Notes: generated by a model not told the origin, from the letters alone. Numbered from the stretch's first letter, positions 34,479 through 59,644 are shown. The stretch is DNA of 64,000 nt from Amoebidium appalachense (GCA_963693365.1 CAVNZM010000011.1:9082664-9146663); one strand, 5' to 3'. Numbers and translations are program-made.

Positions 34479-35298
34479 TGTGTATGTGTGCATGTGTGTG
34501 CGAGTTTGTGTGTGTCTATGTGTGCATGTGTGTGCATGTGTGCATGTGTGTGTGTGTGTGTGTGCGCGCGTCTGATTATGCACGTGCATATGTGTGTGCG
34601 CATGTGCGCGCGCGCGTGCATGCATCGCATGCATGCATGCGAATGTGTGTGAGAAACAACACATCGAGATAACACAAGTACACCACCGCACCCCCTTCCC
34701 CCCTCTCCAACACACACACCACCACCACCACCTACAACCCACCACATACCTCTCATCTGGTCAACATTCCCACCCCACCGCCACCCCACTGGATGACCCC
34801 CCCCCCCCCCCCCCTCCCCCTTCCACCATCCACACTGAACCAATAAAACCCCACTACCTGCTTGTGTGCCCGTGCATGTATGCACCTACGTGTGCAAGAG
34901 AGCCAACACACCGAAATAGCACAAACACACCACTCCAATCCACAACACCCCCCCTCCCCCCCCCCCCCCCCCCCCCCCACACACACACCCCTTCATCATC
35001 ACCACAACCACATACCTCTTATCTGCTCAACATTCCCAGCTGCCGCCACCCCACCCGACACATCCCCACCCCTTCCACCATCCACACTCGCCCAATGAGA
35101 CCCGACCGTTGCCGCTTGCTGTGAGCCAACAACCCCCCCGGATCGAGCTCCAGATGCACCCCATGCAAGAGAGGGATCGTGCGAGGGTAGGTTGCCGCTG
35201 GCCGAATGTATCGGGTTGTTGGTGTTGTAGGTGTCTGTGATTGTGTGTTCGGGGGGGAGGGTGGGGGGAGGTGGGCGGGCAGGGCGGTAGGGTGTGTG

Positions 35299-35356
<58 letters not shown>

Positions 35357-35526
35357 GGGGGGAGTGCACGTGTGTTTGGGGCGGCGCCCCGGGGAGAGGG
35401 GGAGGGGGGGGGGGGCACGTGTGCTTGTGGGTGAGTGGGTCGGTTAGAATGCGTAAGAAGGACCAAGTCAGCATTCATGACGGACAGCACAACACAGAGA
35501 TGGGGTTGGGTGTGGGGGTTTGAATG

Positions 35527-35560
<34 letters not shown>

Positions 35561-36155
35561 TGAATGCGTCAAAAAGTACGAAGTACACAAGAACAAACGG
35601 ATAACACGATGCAGAATGCAAGCCATACATGAAGAGCATGCATAGTAAGCAGAGCCCATCCTCAGGGGGGGCCCACGTCATCCACAGTACCCGAGTTTCG
35701 ACCTATTCCCCTCGTTAACGAAACCCAACTCAGATACTGTTTCACTTGAACATGAGTAGGTCACCCGTCTTGATCAGAGACGAGCAGGGTTGCTTAGGGG
35801 GGGGGGGGCTTCACACAAGGGGAGGGTAGAGGAGGAGCAAAATGGGGACGGGGGCCGTACAGTAATTATCTACTATCGCGTGAGAAAGGAAAAAAAAAAG
35901 CCTTGACAATGCAGATATTAACATTCGTATCGATGTGCCTGAAAAAAACTTTTACACACATCTTTCACAGCCCATTCATCCACCTTACAGAAAAACACAC
36001 ACAAGAACAAGATTGTGTGCAACACACACATACACACACTCTCGTGCTGTGCGTGCGCGCACCCACGTCCACCGATACATCCCCTCACACCCACCCTGCC
36101 ATCCGCACCCGCAGACACAGACACGAGACACACAACCGCCCACGTACACGTGAGT

Positions 36156-36189
<34 letters not shown>

Positions 36190-39100
36190 GCCCCCCTCCC
36201 CCCCTGCCCACCCACCCACACAACCCCCAAAACACAAACACACACACACAAACCCACACCATCTCTGTCATAGCCATACTCCTCCAAGTCCCCCAGCTCC
36301 TGCCTGCCCTTCTGCCCTCCTTTGCCCATTTTAGGCAACCCCTTGGAGATAGCAGGCATAGAAAAAGAAGAGAGGGCTGACTCAATCTTTGCCTTCGATT
36401 TCGACATTTGCTTTGTCAGCTTGTTGTCCCCCCCTACAAAAAGAGCGGGAAAACGTTAGATATGGAAGGGGATAGAAACCCATCCCCCCATCTAACCCCC
36501 TCCCTTCCTCCCCCCTCTCCTGTCTGCCCTAAGGATGGGCTACGCTTGTGAAGATTGCTCTGTGTGTGTGCTCTGCAAGTTTCGTTATGTGCTTTCTGTC
36601 GTGCATGTGTCCTGGGTACCCTGAACACATTCGGAACCCCCCCCCCCCCCCCCCCCCTCCCGCTCCCCCCACCACACACACACAAACACACACACACACG
36701 CCTTTACCCCTCTTCTCTATCACCTGCCTATACTTCAATCTCATCTATTCAGCATCACTTTACTCTTTGTTGCATCCACAACCACACAGAACAATATACA
36801 ATAAGAGCCAAGTATCTCTAGTCTTGTACATTGCCAACAGCCAGTTAAACCACAAGAAGCTATCTTGCCCACCTGCCCACCTCCCCCCTCCGCCCCCCCA
36901 ACCCACTACCAGCACCACCACCACCACCATCTCCACCCCGTCCCAATCTCCCCCCCCCCCCCCCCCCCCCCTCCCCCTGTTTCGTCCATCCCTATATCCC
37001 TCCCTCAACCCCTCCCTAGCTCCTCTCCCCCCTCCCCCCTGTCCCTCCCTTCCCATCCTCCGTCCCCCTCTCCCAACCACCCCCCCCCCCCCCCCCCCAC
37101 ACACACCCTTTTCCTCTCTCTCTCCAAACCCCCCCCCTCTCCCACATCCCCTTCCCCAATTCCCTACACATAGACACACACACTCATTCTTCCTCCCTCC
37201 CTCTCTTTCCCCTTACAACACCTTCTTCAGAATGGGCCCGATCCCCCATCTTCTCCCCCCTCCCTCCCCCCTCCCCCCCGGCGGGGCCGGCCCACAATGA
37301 CAAGCGCACATAACACACACACACACATACATCCAACAAACACACACACACTCTCAAGCCACAACCCCCCCCCCCCCCCCCCCACACACACACACCACAC
37401 CCCCACCTACCACGTGCACTACTTCCACCCCCCCACGTGTCATACTCCTGCGGCCCACCAGCCGACTGCCACGCCGCCTGCTGTGCCTGGCCCGGGGCAT
37501 TCCATGAGCCCCCCTGCCCATCCTCATAACCCCCATAGTCGTCATCTGCTAGCACCTGCCCCTGCTTTTTCCTCCCCTGATAAAAAACAGGGGGGGAAAA
37601 AAAGAGAAAGGGGAAAGAAAAAGAGGGGGAGGGGAGGGGGCAGACGGGGGTGGGGGTGGGGGGGGGTGGGGGGGGGGAGAGGGAGGGAGAGGGTTAGATT
37701 GTGTTACAGAAAACAGAAAAACCCGTGAACGATGGATAGTATAACGTAGTTTGCCGGGAGGCGGGGTGGGGGGTAAGGGGAGAAGGAGGGGGAAAGGGGG
37801 GGGGGGGGGGGGGGGGGGGGGGGTGGTGATGTATGCTTTAGAGGGTTAGAGATATGGAGGAGACGCCAAAGGGCAACTAATTTAGCGTTACAAAATGAAA
37901 AAGGATGGGGAGGGGGGAGAGTGGGGGGGGGGTCCCTCAAAAGTCGTGTCTTCATTCTTCCAAAGGGACAACAACATGAGGCGTGATGAGTGTCAGCTAG
38001 AATGAACACACAATTCCTTCTCTCTCCCCTCTCCCCATCCGCCCGGCAAGAAAGAGGGGAAGGACAGGGGGGAGGGGGGGGAGGGGGGGGGGGTTGGAAG
38101 GGGGAAGGAGGGAGGGAATGCTAACCACAGGTCAAGCCACATTTATTGAGAAAGGCGGTTTCGTAGGAACAAGACTCGGGGACGATGGGTGGGAGGGGGG
38201 GGGGGGGGGGGGGAAGGGGAGAAGGGGTGGGGGGGGGGGGGGGGGGAGGGAGGGGGAAGTGACGCAGCTGTGACCTACCGATAGCATTTTGCTCCACCTA
38301 TTCTTTGAATGGAAGTGGTGATGGTTGGCGTCAAAACCCGACTGAGTCTCGGTCCAAGCGTCTATGAACTCGGGTACGGAGTCCGAACGTGCCGGAAGGC
38401 TCACTATCTCACCTGCAAACCCATGTTTATAGCTGTTAGTAATGTCATGTGATCAAAGGAGGAGGAGCATCCAAACTAAAGCAGGCCCACAGAAAAAGAA
38501 AAGGATCGACTCAGTAGGCACCAGGCTGGGGTGAACAAGTGTTGAAACAGCCGTTCGTGCCACCGTGGCCTCGAGAGCTCTCCTAAGCTAATGACCCCAT
38601 TCTTCTTGTTTAACCTAACAACCCCACCCTTCCCAGACAACTTCGCCCAAAAGCAAGGAAGAAGAAAAACCACACGGACAAGAAAATCGAATCTGTAAGT
38701 CAGAGTAAGTAGTCGAGGGCGTATACCATAAAGCACATTCGCCTTCTCCAATCCGTTATCCCGAAGAAGACCTCGACTCTGGCCGAACTCCTACCATCCT
38801 TTCAGTCATTCCAGAGAGCTTTTTCTAGACAACTAGATCACGTAGAGGCAGCCCCGAAATAGAGCGTGATGAAGCAAGAGACACGGCGGTGCCATAAACA
38901 ATGCCTTCAGTTGATTTTTTCGCACATGGGCAGAGAAAACGGGCGGAGGTGAGGGCACTGGGATATATATGGTGGAGGTGGCCCGGTGAGAGGGGATCCC
39001 GAGAACTTCATCCAAGAACCCAGAAGGACAGCGTGTAAACAACATCAAGAGCACAAAATCAAACAAAAACTTACCAGCGCACACAGGGATAGTACTAGCG

Positions 39101-39198
39101 TTAGAGCCCGCCCTCCTGTGCTCCACGAGTCTTTGGGGCTTCGTTTTCGGCCTGTTGCTCTCACCGCCAGAACCAACCTCCAAGTCGGTGTATTGCAT
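30699..39198 (-). CDS. Large low-complexity protein with DPF/DPW motifs and proline-rich C-terminus (putative endocytic accessory protein)
   Basis: Exons ~38279-38413, ~37410-37555, ~36260-36433, ~35107-35235, ~33488-33731 and a long last exon 30699-32771 that needs two single-base corrections in G-runs (~31712, ~31280). 5' exons (38520-39198) are uncertain. Motifs WDPF, ADPF, SDPW and C-terminal PSRPPPP/PTRPAPP repeats. Confidence 0.7.
32791..33222. repeat. 72-bp tandem repeat, 6 near-identical copies, covering a branch-point region
   Basis: Copies start at 32791, 32863, 32935, 33007, 33079 and 33151; each has CTAAC on the minus strand; lies just upstream of the acceptor at 32772. Confidence 0.95.
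33933..34095 (-). mobile_element. Repeat family A copy (intronic, sense)
   Basis: gtatgcggtagagggttggaaatatggaggagacaac...gaagacacttgaacagagcccatcatcagg, with poly-G on both sides. Confidence 0.85.
35558..35796 (-). mobile_element. Repeat family B copy (intronic, sense, 5'-truncated)
   Basis: Near-identical to 17850-18088, with poly-G on both sides. Confidence 0.9.
37825..37890 (-). mobile_element. Repeat family A, 3' fragment
   Basis: ggtgatgtatgctttagagggttagagatatggaggagac. Confidence 0.7.
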
Positions 39199-39199
39199 C

Positions 39200-40237
39200 G
39201 GATTTTAGTGCTAACATGAAAAAGAGGAGTGCCTCATTAAACGTTAAAATGAAGCACTCTTCGCTTTTATGGCTCTAGATACGTTGTTTTCTAGTTTTCC
39301 TCTCTTTGGCTTGAAAGGTGTGTGTTTTATACACTCTCTTAATTACTCCGAGGAAAAAAAAAAGGAAAAAAGTCTTTGTTTGGTCAGTGAGGGAGTTGAA
39401 GTTTTCGTTCTTGATCAAAGGCATGCGGGCTTTGGTTCTGAAGACAGATTTGATTGGCTTTCGTTTTGTTGGGAATGGATCGAATTTGTTTACATCGTGA
39501 TATTTAACGAATCAAAAGCTGAGATACATTGGAACTCGAAAATGGTATAAACCAAGTCCAGCGGAGTCGAACATGTGGACAATGGGTCCTTATTCCCTAT
39601 TGTAGTAAAGAAGAAGAAAAAAAAAGCATATACACAAAAACATATATTTTTGATTTTTATCTTCTTTTTCCATGCTTTTTAATTAATTGCTTTTGTTGTG
39701 CTCCTTTTACTCAAGTGGGACCACAAAGCCTTCCGAATTTCCTAGCCAATAGCTAGCGATCATCGAAAGACTGAAGTTGCACCTGCCATATTTGGTTCAG
39801 GAATCAACTGCTCATATCATATGCATGCCTGTGCCGTGTTTTAGAAGCAAATACACATATAAATAATTAAAAAAAATAGATATTATTTTCAGAATTAAAT
39901 ATAAATGGAACGCTTCAGCCCTACACTCCAAAAAACTGCCTGGTTGACTCTAGTCATAAGCTACGCACAGCTGTTATAACGTTAGGCGCATTAGCCAATC
40001 ACATCATCAAAATGCTCAGATATTGCATTCCTTTAAATCACGTGCACCAAACATATTTTCGGCGCCAAAAAATATCCAACTTGAAACTTGTGGCAGTCGA
40101 AAGGGTGATTGACATGTAGCTTTTTTTGTTTTGTTTTAGTCTTTTACCTTCACGAACTTCACTCTACTATAAACTAGATTTTGCCGTTTGTGCTAAAAGG
40201 CACTCGCTTTGCCCTTGTTACATTTTAGAGGGCAAAG
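39200..40237. promoter_or_regulatory. Putative divergent promoter region
   Basis: Repeat-free AT-rich gap between divergent genes; CCAAT boxes (~39451 reverse, ~39993), CACGTG (~40039), E2F-like TTTGGCGC on the minus strand (~40062). Confidence 0.45.
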
Positions 40238-53049
<12,812 letters not shown>

Positions 53050-53097
53050 GCATAACCGGCATACAGCCGTGTCGTCATTTAGCTCTATTGAGCTCAC

Positions 53098-53143
<46 letters not shown>

Positions 53144-53169
53144 CCTTTTTCCCCAGAGAGGTTGGGGGG

Positions 53170-53227
<58 letters not shown>

Positions 53228-53705
53228 CTGGTCACTATTCCGTCGAAAATGGTCTCAAATTCTATTTTTATTTTTTATTATTTTTTTCGATGGTGGAAGA
53301 AATTTGAGACAGAGGAAAAAGCTGTCGATGGGAGATTTTGCGATTGAAACGATAATTGTGACGGGGAGATTGATATGGTTGGGGTTGTATTCCGCACTTG
53401 TGTGCGTATGTGTGTTTGTGGTGCGATGGGGCGAGTGCTATCAAGACAATGTAAATTTCATAATATCTCGGTTCATATTTCAAGAATAATTTTGAGAAAG
53501 TCGTGAATATCAAAAGTTCGGGGCAGTTGGGGGTCTGGGCATGCATGTGACTTTTTGCTTTCGTATGTGGTGAAGTGTTTGTAAGCTGGGGCTTTTCACC
53601 CAAGGGGTCGTGTTGTTGTATAAGTGGAAACGGGAACAGGTGCTAAAGAAGGAAAGATGTACCCATCAAAAGCGTTGTTGTTGTTGTTGTTTTTTTTTTG
53701 TTGTT

Positions 53706-53736
<31 letters not shown>

Positions 53737-53947
53737 GGGTTATGGGAAAAAAGCCTATTAGCTTTGTAAAGAAATTCAAATGTTTGTTGAAGGTGGATAT
53801 GGATTGATTGAAGTCACGTCACCGTGTACACCAATTCAGCCGTGCGCCAACGATGCATATCTGGTGTTGGCAAGGTTCCGCGTAGCCTCCACTGTGAATA
53901 AACAACACAAAAAATGCCAAGCAGCAGAATAAAAGCGCCCGTTATTA

Positions 53948-54312
53948 GACATGTTTTACCTTAACACATTTTGTTTCGAATATAATAAGCATATCTCTAT
54001 ACTTATCATATACTTTTTGATGTTGTCGATTTTACCATCCCACTTTTTGTTTAGTATATAATAATTATATCCCAGGATCGCACGAACAGCCGACCCGACC
54101 ATGGTGCGCGATCGATGCGTTCGCATCCAATCAAATTCGATCTTACCAAAAGACATACTATACTACCGTCAAATATCTTTTGGCCCTTTCATATGAACAA
54201 TATTCGAAAGTATATCGATTTCGAATATCTTTTTCGTGATTTTAACAAGATTAGGCAGGTCGGCGATATACTCATTATATTCGAAACCAAATTTGTTATG
54301 GTAAAACATGTC
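53948..54312. mobile_element. AT-rich MITE with ~46-bp TIRs and TA flanks (Tc1/mariner-type)
   Basis: ta|gacatgttttaccttaacacattttgtttcgaatataataagcatat ... atatactcattatattcgaaaccaaatttgttatggtaaaacatgtc|ta. Confidence 0.75.
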
Positions 54313-54384
54313 TATTGTCACTCAAGAGTGTGGTTTCCCCCCGTAATATCACTCACCGGAAGATGAACAGTTATCACTCACCAG

Positions 54385-54760
54385 AATGTATATCCCCCCT
54401 CTTTATCACGCAGCAGAATATCCCTCTATATTGACGCTCAACAATAGAATGTTCCCCTTTATTGTCGCTCAAAAGAATATCTCTCTTTATTGCCACTCAA
54501 AAGAATACCCCTCTTTATTGTCGCTTAAAAAGAATATCCCTCTTTATTGTCGCTCAAAAAGAATACCCAAGACTTAGGATATTGTCGCTCAAAAAGAATA
54601 TCCCTCTTTATTGTCGCTCAAAAAGGATATCCCTCTTTATTGTCGCTCAAAAAGAAAATCCCACTTTATTGTCGCTCAAAAAGAATATCCCTCTTTATTG
54701 TAGCTCAAAAGAACATCTCTCGTATAATTGCCGCTCAAAGGAATTTCTCTCTTTTTTATT
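54385..54760. repeat. ~28-bp minisatellite (~12 copies)
   Basis: Unit ttgtcgctcaaaaagaatatccctcttta; may or may not be part of the downstream LINE 5' UTR. Confidence 0.9.
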
Positions 54761-55099
54761 GATACATGTAGCGGAAATATCACCCCGTTATCTATAGATA
54801 TATTGCTACTCAGCCGAAATGTCACCCGGTATTTTACTCAAGCTAGCAGCTGAGATATGTATATGTATCACCACTTTATATAATTGAATAATCACGTGCA
54901 CACAGCATATTGCTACTCGTTTTTTATGCTTAGCAGAATATATATCCTCGTTTAAATCACCCATAAGGGTTCAGCATGATTTTTCCCGCCGTGGCTATCA
55001 TCCACGTGCACTGATCACGTGCACCCACCAAGCGTATAATTCCTGTTATTGCAATCGATCAATTGACAATAATGTACGTATACACGGTTTTTCCTCGCC

Positions 55100-55969
55100 G
55101 TGATCCGGATTAACAAGCTCACCATTGATTCACTCACAGCCCAGCTAAACATTAGTGGATCGCAAAACCCCAAAACTCATGAGCAAACATCTCGCGACGG
55201 AGACATTTCCACCCCAACACAAAACAACACAGGACCGGAAGCACAGCTCCCGGCAGAGTTCCTAGAATATGCGAACTCTCGTAAAACACCCGAGCTCCGC
55301 CAAATTGCCAAGGAAACATATGCCAGCATTCTTGCAGGCAACGAGTACCGCCGCAACTCCCCTCCCAAACCGCCGGCTAAGGGGAACACCCAAGCAAACG
55401 GTAACATCAACATCCCACCCAAATACGAGAGGGTGTATTTCAAAGTCAAGCACGGCAGACGCCCACACAGGGCCATGTGGTCCATCTTCAAGGCTCTCGG
55501 CTTTCGGTGCTCTCGCATCCTTTGTCTGTCCTTCATTGGATACGATGTGCTGGAAGTAGCAGTACGGGGCGACTATAACCGTGCGTTCATCCGAGACGCG
55601 ACAAAGGGGTGTGGAAGCTTCTTCACCCACCTCCCAAGCTACGACCCATGCGCGCCGGAAAACATTCAGAAAGCAGACAAAGAACGTAAAGTGTCTGCTA
55701 AGAATGCGTGCGCCACACGTTGTCGTGTACGCATCAGCAAGGCAAAAGAGTTCCTCGCAAAGTTGGAAAACGATGCTACGAGCGTGATAGACACGGACAC
55801 GAAGGAACCAATGTTTTCTGGTGAGAAACTGCTCGAGCGCAAACGCCGATGCGAGATGGAAATCGAGCTCTTCTGCGAACTGTTCGCGCTGGCGGAAGGT
55901 CGTGCATACGACCCCGTAAGCGACAAGTGGGAACCAACCCCACAGGTGTCGGACCAAACCGATGCCTAA
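55100..55969 (+). CDS. LINE ORF1-like protein (start uncertain)
   Basis: 289-aa open frame overlapping ORF2 by 8 nt (atgcctaa); no in-frame ATG near its 5' end, so it may be truncated or frameshifted. Confidence 0.75.
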   Translation: MIRINKLTIDSLTAQLNISGSQNPKTHEQTSRDGDISTPTQNNTGPEAQLPAEFLEYANSRKTPELRQIAKETYASILAGNEYRRNSPPKPPAKGNTQANGNINIPPKYERVYFKVKHGRRPHRAMWSIFKALGFRCSRILCLSFIGYDVLEVAVRGDYNRAFIRDATKGCGSFFTHLPSYDPCAPENIQKADKERKVSAKNACATRCRVRISKAKEFLAKLENDATSVIDTDTKEPMFSGEKLLERKRRCEMEIELFCELFALAEGRAYDPVSDKWEPTPQVSDQTDA

Positions 55970-58900
55970 TTTATCCTTCTTCTTCTGGAATGCTCGGACA
56001 CTGGGCCCCCAAAAGGGCCTCCCCCCGGGGACACTCGACGATAAAATCAGCTACATACAACAACAGACAAACAACCACACGTTTACAGTGATTTGCGAAA
56101 CACAGTTTAAAAACCACCACAAATTCAACTCTACATTGGTCGACACATCCACACACCCCGGTTACGCGAAAAACCGAGGCATTATTGTACTTGCCGCACC
56201 ACACGTGAGAGTGAAGTGCAAACCGGTAGCAAAAACGGAACTCTCGGTTTCTATAGAATTTCTTTCTAATGTTTTTACTTTTGTATATTACCCACCATCT
56301 ATGTCGGTTGTCGAATTGACTCACGAGTTGTCACAGTTACCAATGTCCACTGTTATTTTAGGTGATTTTAACACGCGACTCCACCACACAGACACACTGC
56401 AAGTGAGTGTCGGGTACCCATCTAAGCCCCCGGAGCGTGCTATCCCTTTAGCAAGGTATGTCCAAAGTCACACTTTGCGGTTCCCTCAAATATCCCATGC
56501 CCACAACACCGACTGGGGAGTGGCCTTTTGGCCATCAACCATGTCAAAACTCTCTCTCCCTCCTAACCTCTCTAGGTCATCTGACCACTCTCCTATCCTT
56601 TTCCTACCTAAGATCTCCCTTGATCTGCTCCCCCCTCCTCCTCCCACCTTTCGCCTCCGTCTATCCCAGCTTAAGTCACAGTGGGGTAGAGTCGATGTAT
56701 GTGTATGCTATGCTACGAAACACCCTATATATATGCGCCTATTAGAATCTGCACAAGCCAGGCCAGATTCACATCTCGTACTAGATACATGCACTAACTT
56801 TATTGTTGATGATTTGATAGATCTCGGTGATTATGCTGGCGGTGGTAGGAAGGAATATCCCGATGCTCTCTTGTTACCAAACACCACTCCCGCTAGACTA
56901 GGTGAACCCCTGTCTCAAAAGGAAAGCTTGCGCCGGCTTGCTAGTATGAATCGATTTGGCCCCCCTGCTCGTATTATTGGTGATACCACTGGAGACCCCC
57001 TCATAGACTCTGATAAGTATTTCTCGGAACTGTTTAAAGATAGGACCCCCGCTCAGAAACCTATTGTGTGGCCTGTAGACCCATCTATCCCCATAGAATC
57101 GATCCTCCCCTTTTTCAGTCCCGATGCCATATGGTCTGTGATATCTAGTTATAGCTCTAGTAAGTCTTGTGGACCTGATGGACTCCCTGCTGGGTTTCTT
57201 AAAATCCTTGTTCCCTCCTACCCACAAAAGGAAAGTGATCGTGCTATTAAACCTGATCTTACTATCATGTTAAGCTCTCTCTTTTCTTGGTGTGTTAAAT
57301 GTGGACATGTCCCGTCATCTTGGTTAGATACCTTAGTGATCCCCATAGTTAAGAAGGACTCTGAGGGCCCCATATCATCCTTTCGCCCCATTACACTAAC
57401 CCAGGTTGTTCGTAGATTCTTTGAAGCTTGCTTACTTAGGTTATTTGCACATCACCCTAGGTTTCAATCTATTCTTCACATACACCCATGCCAATCCGCT
57501 TTTCGTAAAAACAATTCATGTTATGTTCAAATAATGGCACTGCACGATTCTATGCAAGTTGGTGCACAATATGTTGGCTTTATTGATTGGAAAACTGCTT
57601 ACGATTCTGTCTCCCCTGGTCTCCTATGGGAAAAGCTTGCTGCACGGGGTGTACCACACTGCATTGGTGTTCTGTTAGAAGCACTCTTGTCTCAAACCTA
57701 TGGTAGAGCTGTGGTTAATGGGCATCTTTCATATGGTTTTGCTCGTACTAGAGGTCTCTTGCAGGGTTCATTGCTTAGCCCCTTTTTGTTTAACCTATTT
57801 ATAGATGATTTGGCTGTCAAGATTTACGCCGAAAACGATGACCCTATTAATAACTTTCCGCCTGCACTTCTCTATGCTGATGATCTGTCCCTCCTTGCCC
57901 GTACCCCTAGACGCCTGCAAAGATTGTTTGATGTAGTGTCAGAGTGGTGCAAGGCAAACCTTATGATCCTTAACATAGACAAATGTGGTGTTCTTGTACC
58001 TGATATAGCTAACAATTTACACACATTTACATTATCATCTAAACCTGTACCTATAGTTCCAGAATACAAATATCTTGGTGTTCCGGTTGATTCTGTTGGT
58101 GTTATGTTTCCCCATATGGTCGAAAAGAGGGTAGAGTTGGCTCGTAAGCGGTTAGCTTTCTTCTCGGCTAATATTTTTAAAGACACACCCCTCCATCCTT
58201 CTATTAGACTTACATTTATTCGCACTTTTGTCTTCCCGGCATGTGAATATGGTTTACCCCTTCTCGCCGCTTGGATCAAGAAAGAGAGAACTAGAGCGCT
58301 TAAACCCCTGGCAAATTTCCTTGAAGCAGAAGTTGCCTCCTTTCTATCTAACAACTGTTGTAAACCTGGGCCTGTAACGCTCTCGATATATGGTCTGGTC
58401 CCAATAGCTGCTAGAGTATCCTATCTCGCGCTGAAATTCAATAAGCACATAAGCCGCTTAAAGAAGTATTTGCCCTCCCACCCTCTCTTCTCTATCCGAC
58501 CTGTCCCCTCCTCACCTCTCCCCTCTTTCCTCCCCTCTCTCTCCCCTTCTCCCCTGGGCACAAATACAAATAAACCCCGCAATAGTGTGTGTGTGACTTT
58601 GGACTGCCACTTACTTGTTAAACATGTACACAATCACAAGATAATCACGCAATATAACAAATGGAAAAAGATACCACACGACACTAGACCCGATGAAAGC
58701 ATACACCTTGAAAAACTAAGCCTTATGTCTCGTTTTATATATACTGACCGCCTCAACCATATTGCCAAATATGGCACTCGCAAGTGTATAACACCTAAAT
58801 ACATATTACCTTCCTGTAGAACTGGTCTTTCTCTAGCTGATGGTATTATTGATCAATTACCACGCTTTTACTGTACACGTGCTATACAGTGGAGATCTAA

Positions 58901-59156
58901 TAAGTATAAGGTGGCATCATTTGCATGCCCAAACAACACACACACACACCAGTTTAACCGGTCATGTATCGCCAAATGTAGTTTGATAGACCACATAATA
59001 CCGCAACACACACACGTCACATTCACAACAGACACCCAGAAAGATAGCCTACCTGTAAATTACAACATCCTTGATTTTATACTAAACACGCGTAACTACG
59101 ACCTGTTTATTAGATGTATTGATTGGCTTGAGAAACACATCACTACAAAATTATAG
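55962..59156 (+). CDS. LINE ORF2: AP-like endonuclease plus reverse transcriptase (1064 aa)
   Basis: APE motifs FWNART, ICET, VYYPP, LGDFN, SDHSPI; RT motifs KSCGPDG, FRPITL, FIDWKTAYDSV, RGLLQGSLLSPFLFNLFID, LYADD, YKYLG. Confidence 0.96.
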   Translation: MPNLSFFFWNARTLGPQKGLPPGTLDDKISYIQQQTNNHTFTVICETQFKNHHKFNSTLVDTSTHPGYAKNRGIIVLAAPHVRVKCKPVAKTELSVSIEFLSNVFTFVYYPPSMSVVELTHELSQLPMSTVILGDFNTRLHHTDTLQVSVGYPSKPPERAIPLARYVQSHTLRFPQISHAHNTDWGVAFWPSTMSKLSLPPNLSRSSDHSPILFLPKISLDLLPPPPPTFRLRLSQLKSQWGRVDVCVCYATKHPIYMRLLESAQARPDSHLVLDTCTNFIVDDLIDLGDYAGGGRKEYPDALLLPNTTPARLGEPLSQKESLRRLASMNRFGPPARIIGDTTGDPLIDSDKYFSELFKDRTPAQKPIVWPVDPSIPIESILPFFSPDAIWSVISSYSSSKSCGPDGLPAGFLKILVPSYPQKESDRAIKPDLTIMLSSLFSWCVKCGHVPSSWLDTLVIPIVKKDSEGPISSFRPITLTQVVRRFFEACLLRLFAHHPRFQSILHIHPCQSAFRKNNSCYVQIMALHDSMQVGAQYVGFIDWKTAYDSVSPGLLWEKLAARGVPHCIGVLLEALLSQTYGRAVVNGHLSYGFARTRGLLQGSLLSPFLFNLFIDDLAVKIYAENDDPINNFPPALLYADDLSLLARTPRRLQRLFDVVSEWCKANLMILNIDKCGVLVPDIANNLHTFTLSSKPVPIVPEYKYLGVPVDSVGVMFPHMVEKRVELARKRLAFFSANIFKDTPLHPSIRLTFIRTFVFPACEYGLPLLAAWIKKERTRALKPLANFLEAEVASFLSNNCCKPGPVTLSIYGLVPIAARVSYLALKFNKHISRLKKYLPSHPLFSIRPVPSSPLPSFLPSLSPSPLGTNTNKPRNSVCVTLDCHLLVKHVHNHKIITQYNKWKKIPHDTRPDESIHLEKLSLMSRFIYTDRLNHIAKYGTRKCITPKYILPSCRTGLSLADGIIDQLPRFYCTRAIQWRSNKYKVASFACPNNTHTHQFNRSCIAKCSLIDHIIPQHTHVTFTTDTQKDSLPVNYNILDFILNTRNYDLFIRCIDWLEKHITTKL

Positions 59157-59176
59157 CGCACGCGCGCACACACACA

Positions 59177-59227
<51 letters not shown>

Positions 59228-59259
59228 CCAGCTGATACCGAGTGTCCCGAGGGGAGCCC

Positions 59260-59297
<38 letters not shown>

Positions 59298-59448
59298 GGG
59301 GAACCCCAACTAATTGATTTCTCCTTGTAGTCTTTATGGTGTCTCGTAGAGAAAGTAAACCCTGATATATAGTCACCACCCGACATCTATGTACGTGATC
59401 ATGATATACCGCTGAGGGGATATTCCGAGCAAACCCCCCCCCCCCCAT

Positions 59449-59612
59449 ACCTGAGACTGGTTCTCTTTGCCTCGAGTAAACAGCGTAAACCCCATCATGA
59501 TATCATGGTCATGATCATGCCAAATTGGATGCCGGCTCAGTAGGCAGTTCAAAGGTGGAGCACCCAATAGCACAGGCTTTGATGCCGGGCAGTGTGGATT
59601 TTGTGTGTGTCA

Positions 59613-59644
<32 letters not shown>

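Larger units (their letters stand above)
55100..59227 (+). mobile_element. Non-LTR retrotransposon (LINE) with ORF1, ORF2 and a (CA)n 3' end
   Basis: Two overlapping intronless ORFs; ORF2 is APE + RT; the stop is followed within ~10 nt by (CA)n. 5' boundary and target-site duplication not identified. Confidence 0.92.

Noticed and set aside
38720-38800. EH-domain-like RGLLRDNGLEKANVL
   Set aside because: The downstream W..D.D..G.L...EF motif is absent; the similarity is too short.
54385-54760. CRISPR-like 28-bp repeats
   Set aside because: Head-to-tail minisatellite without spacers.
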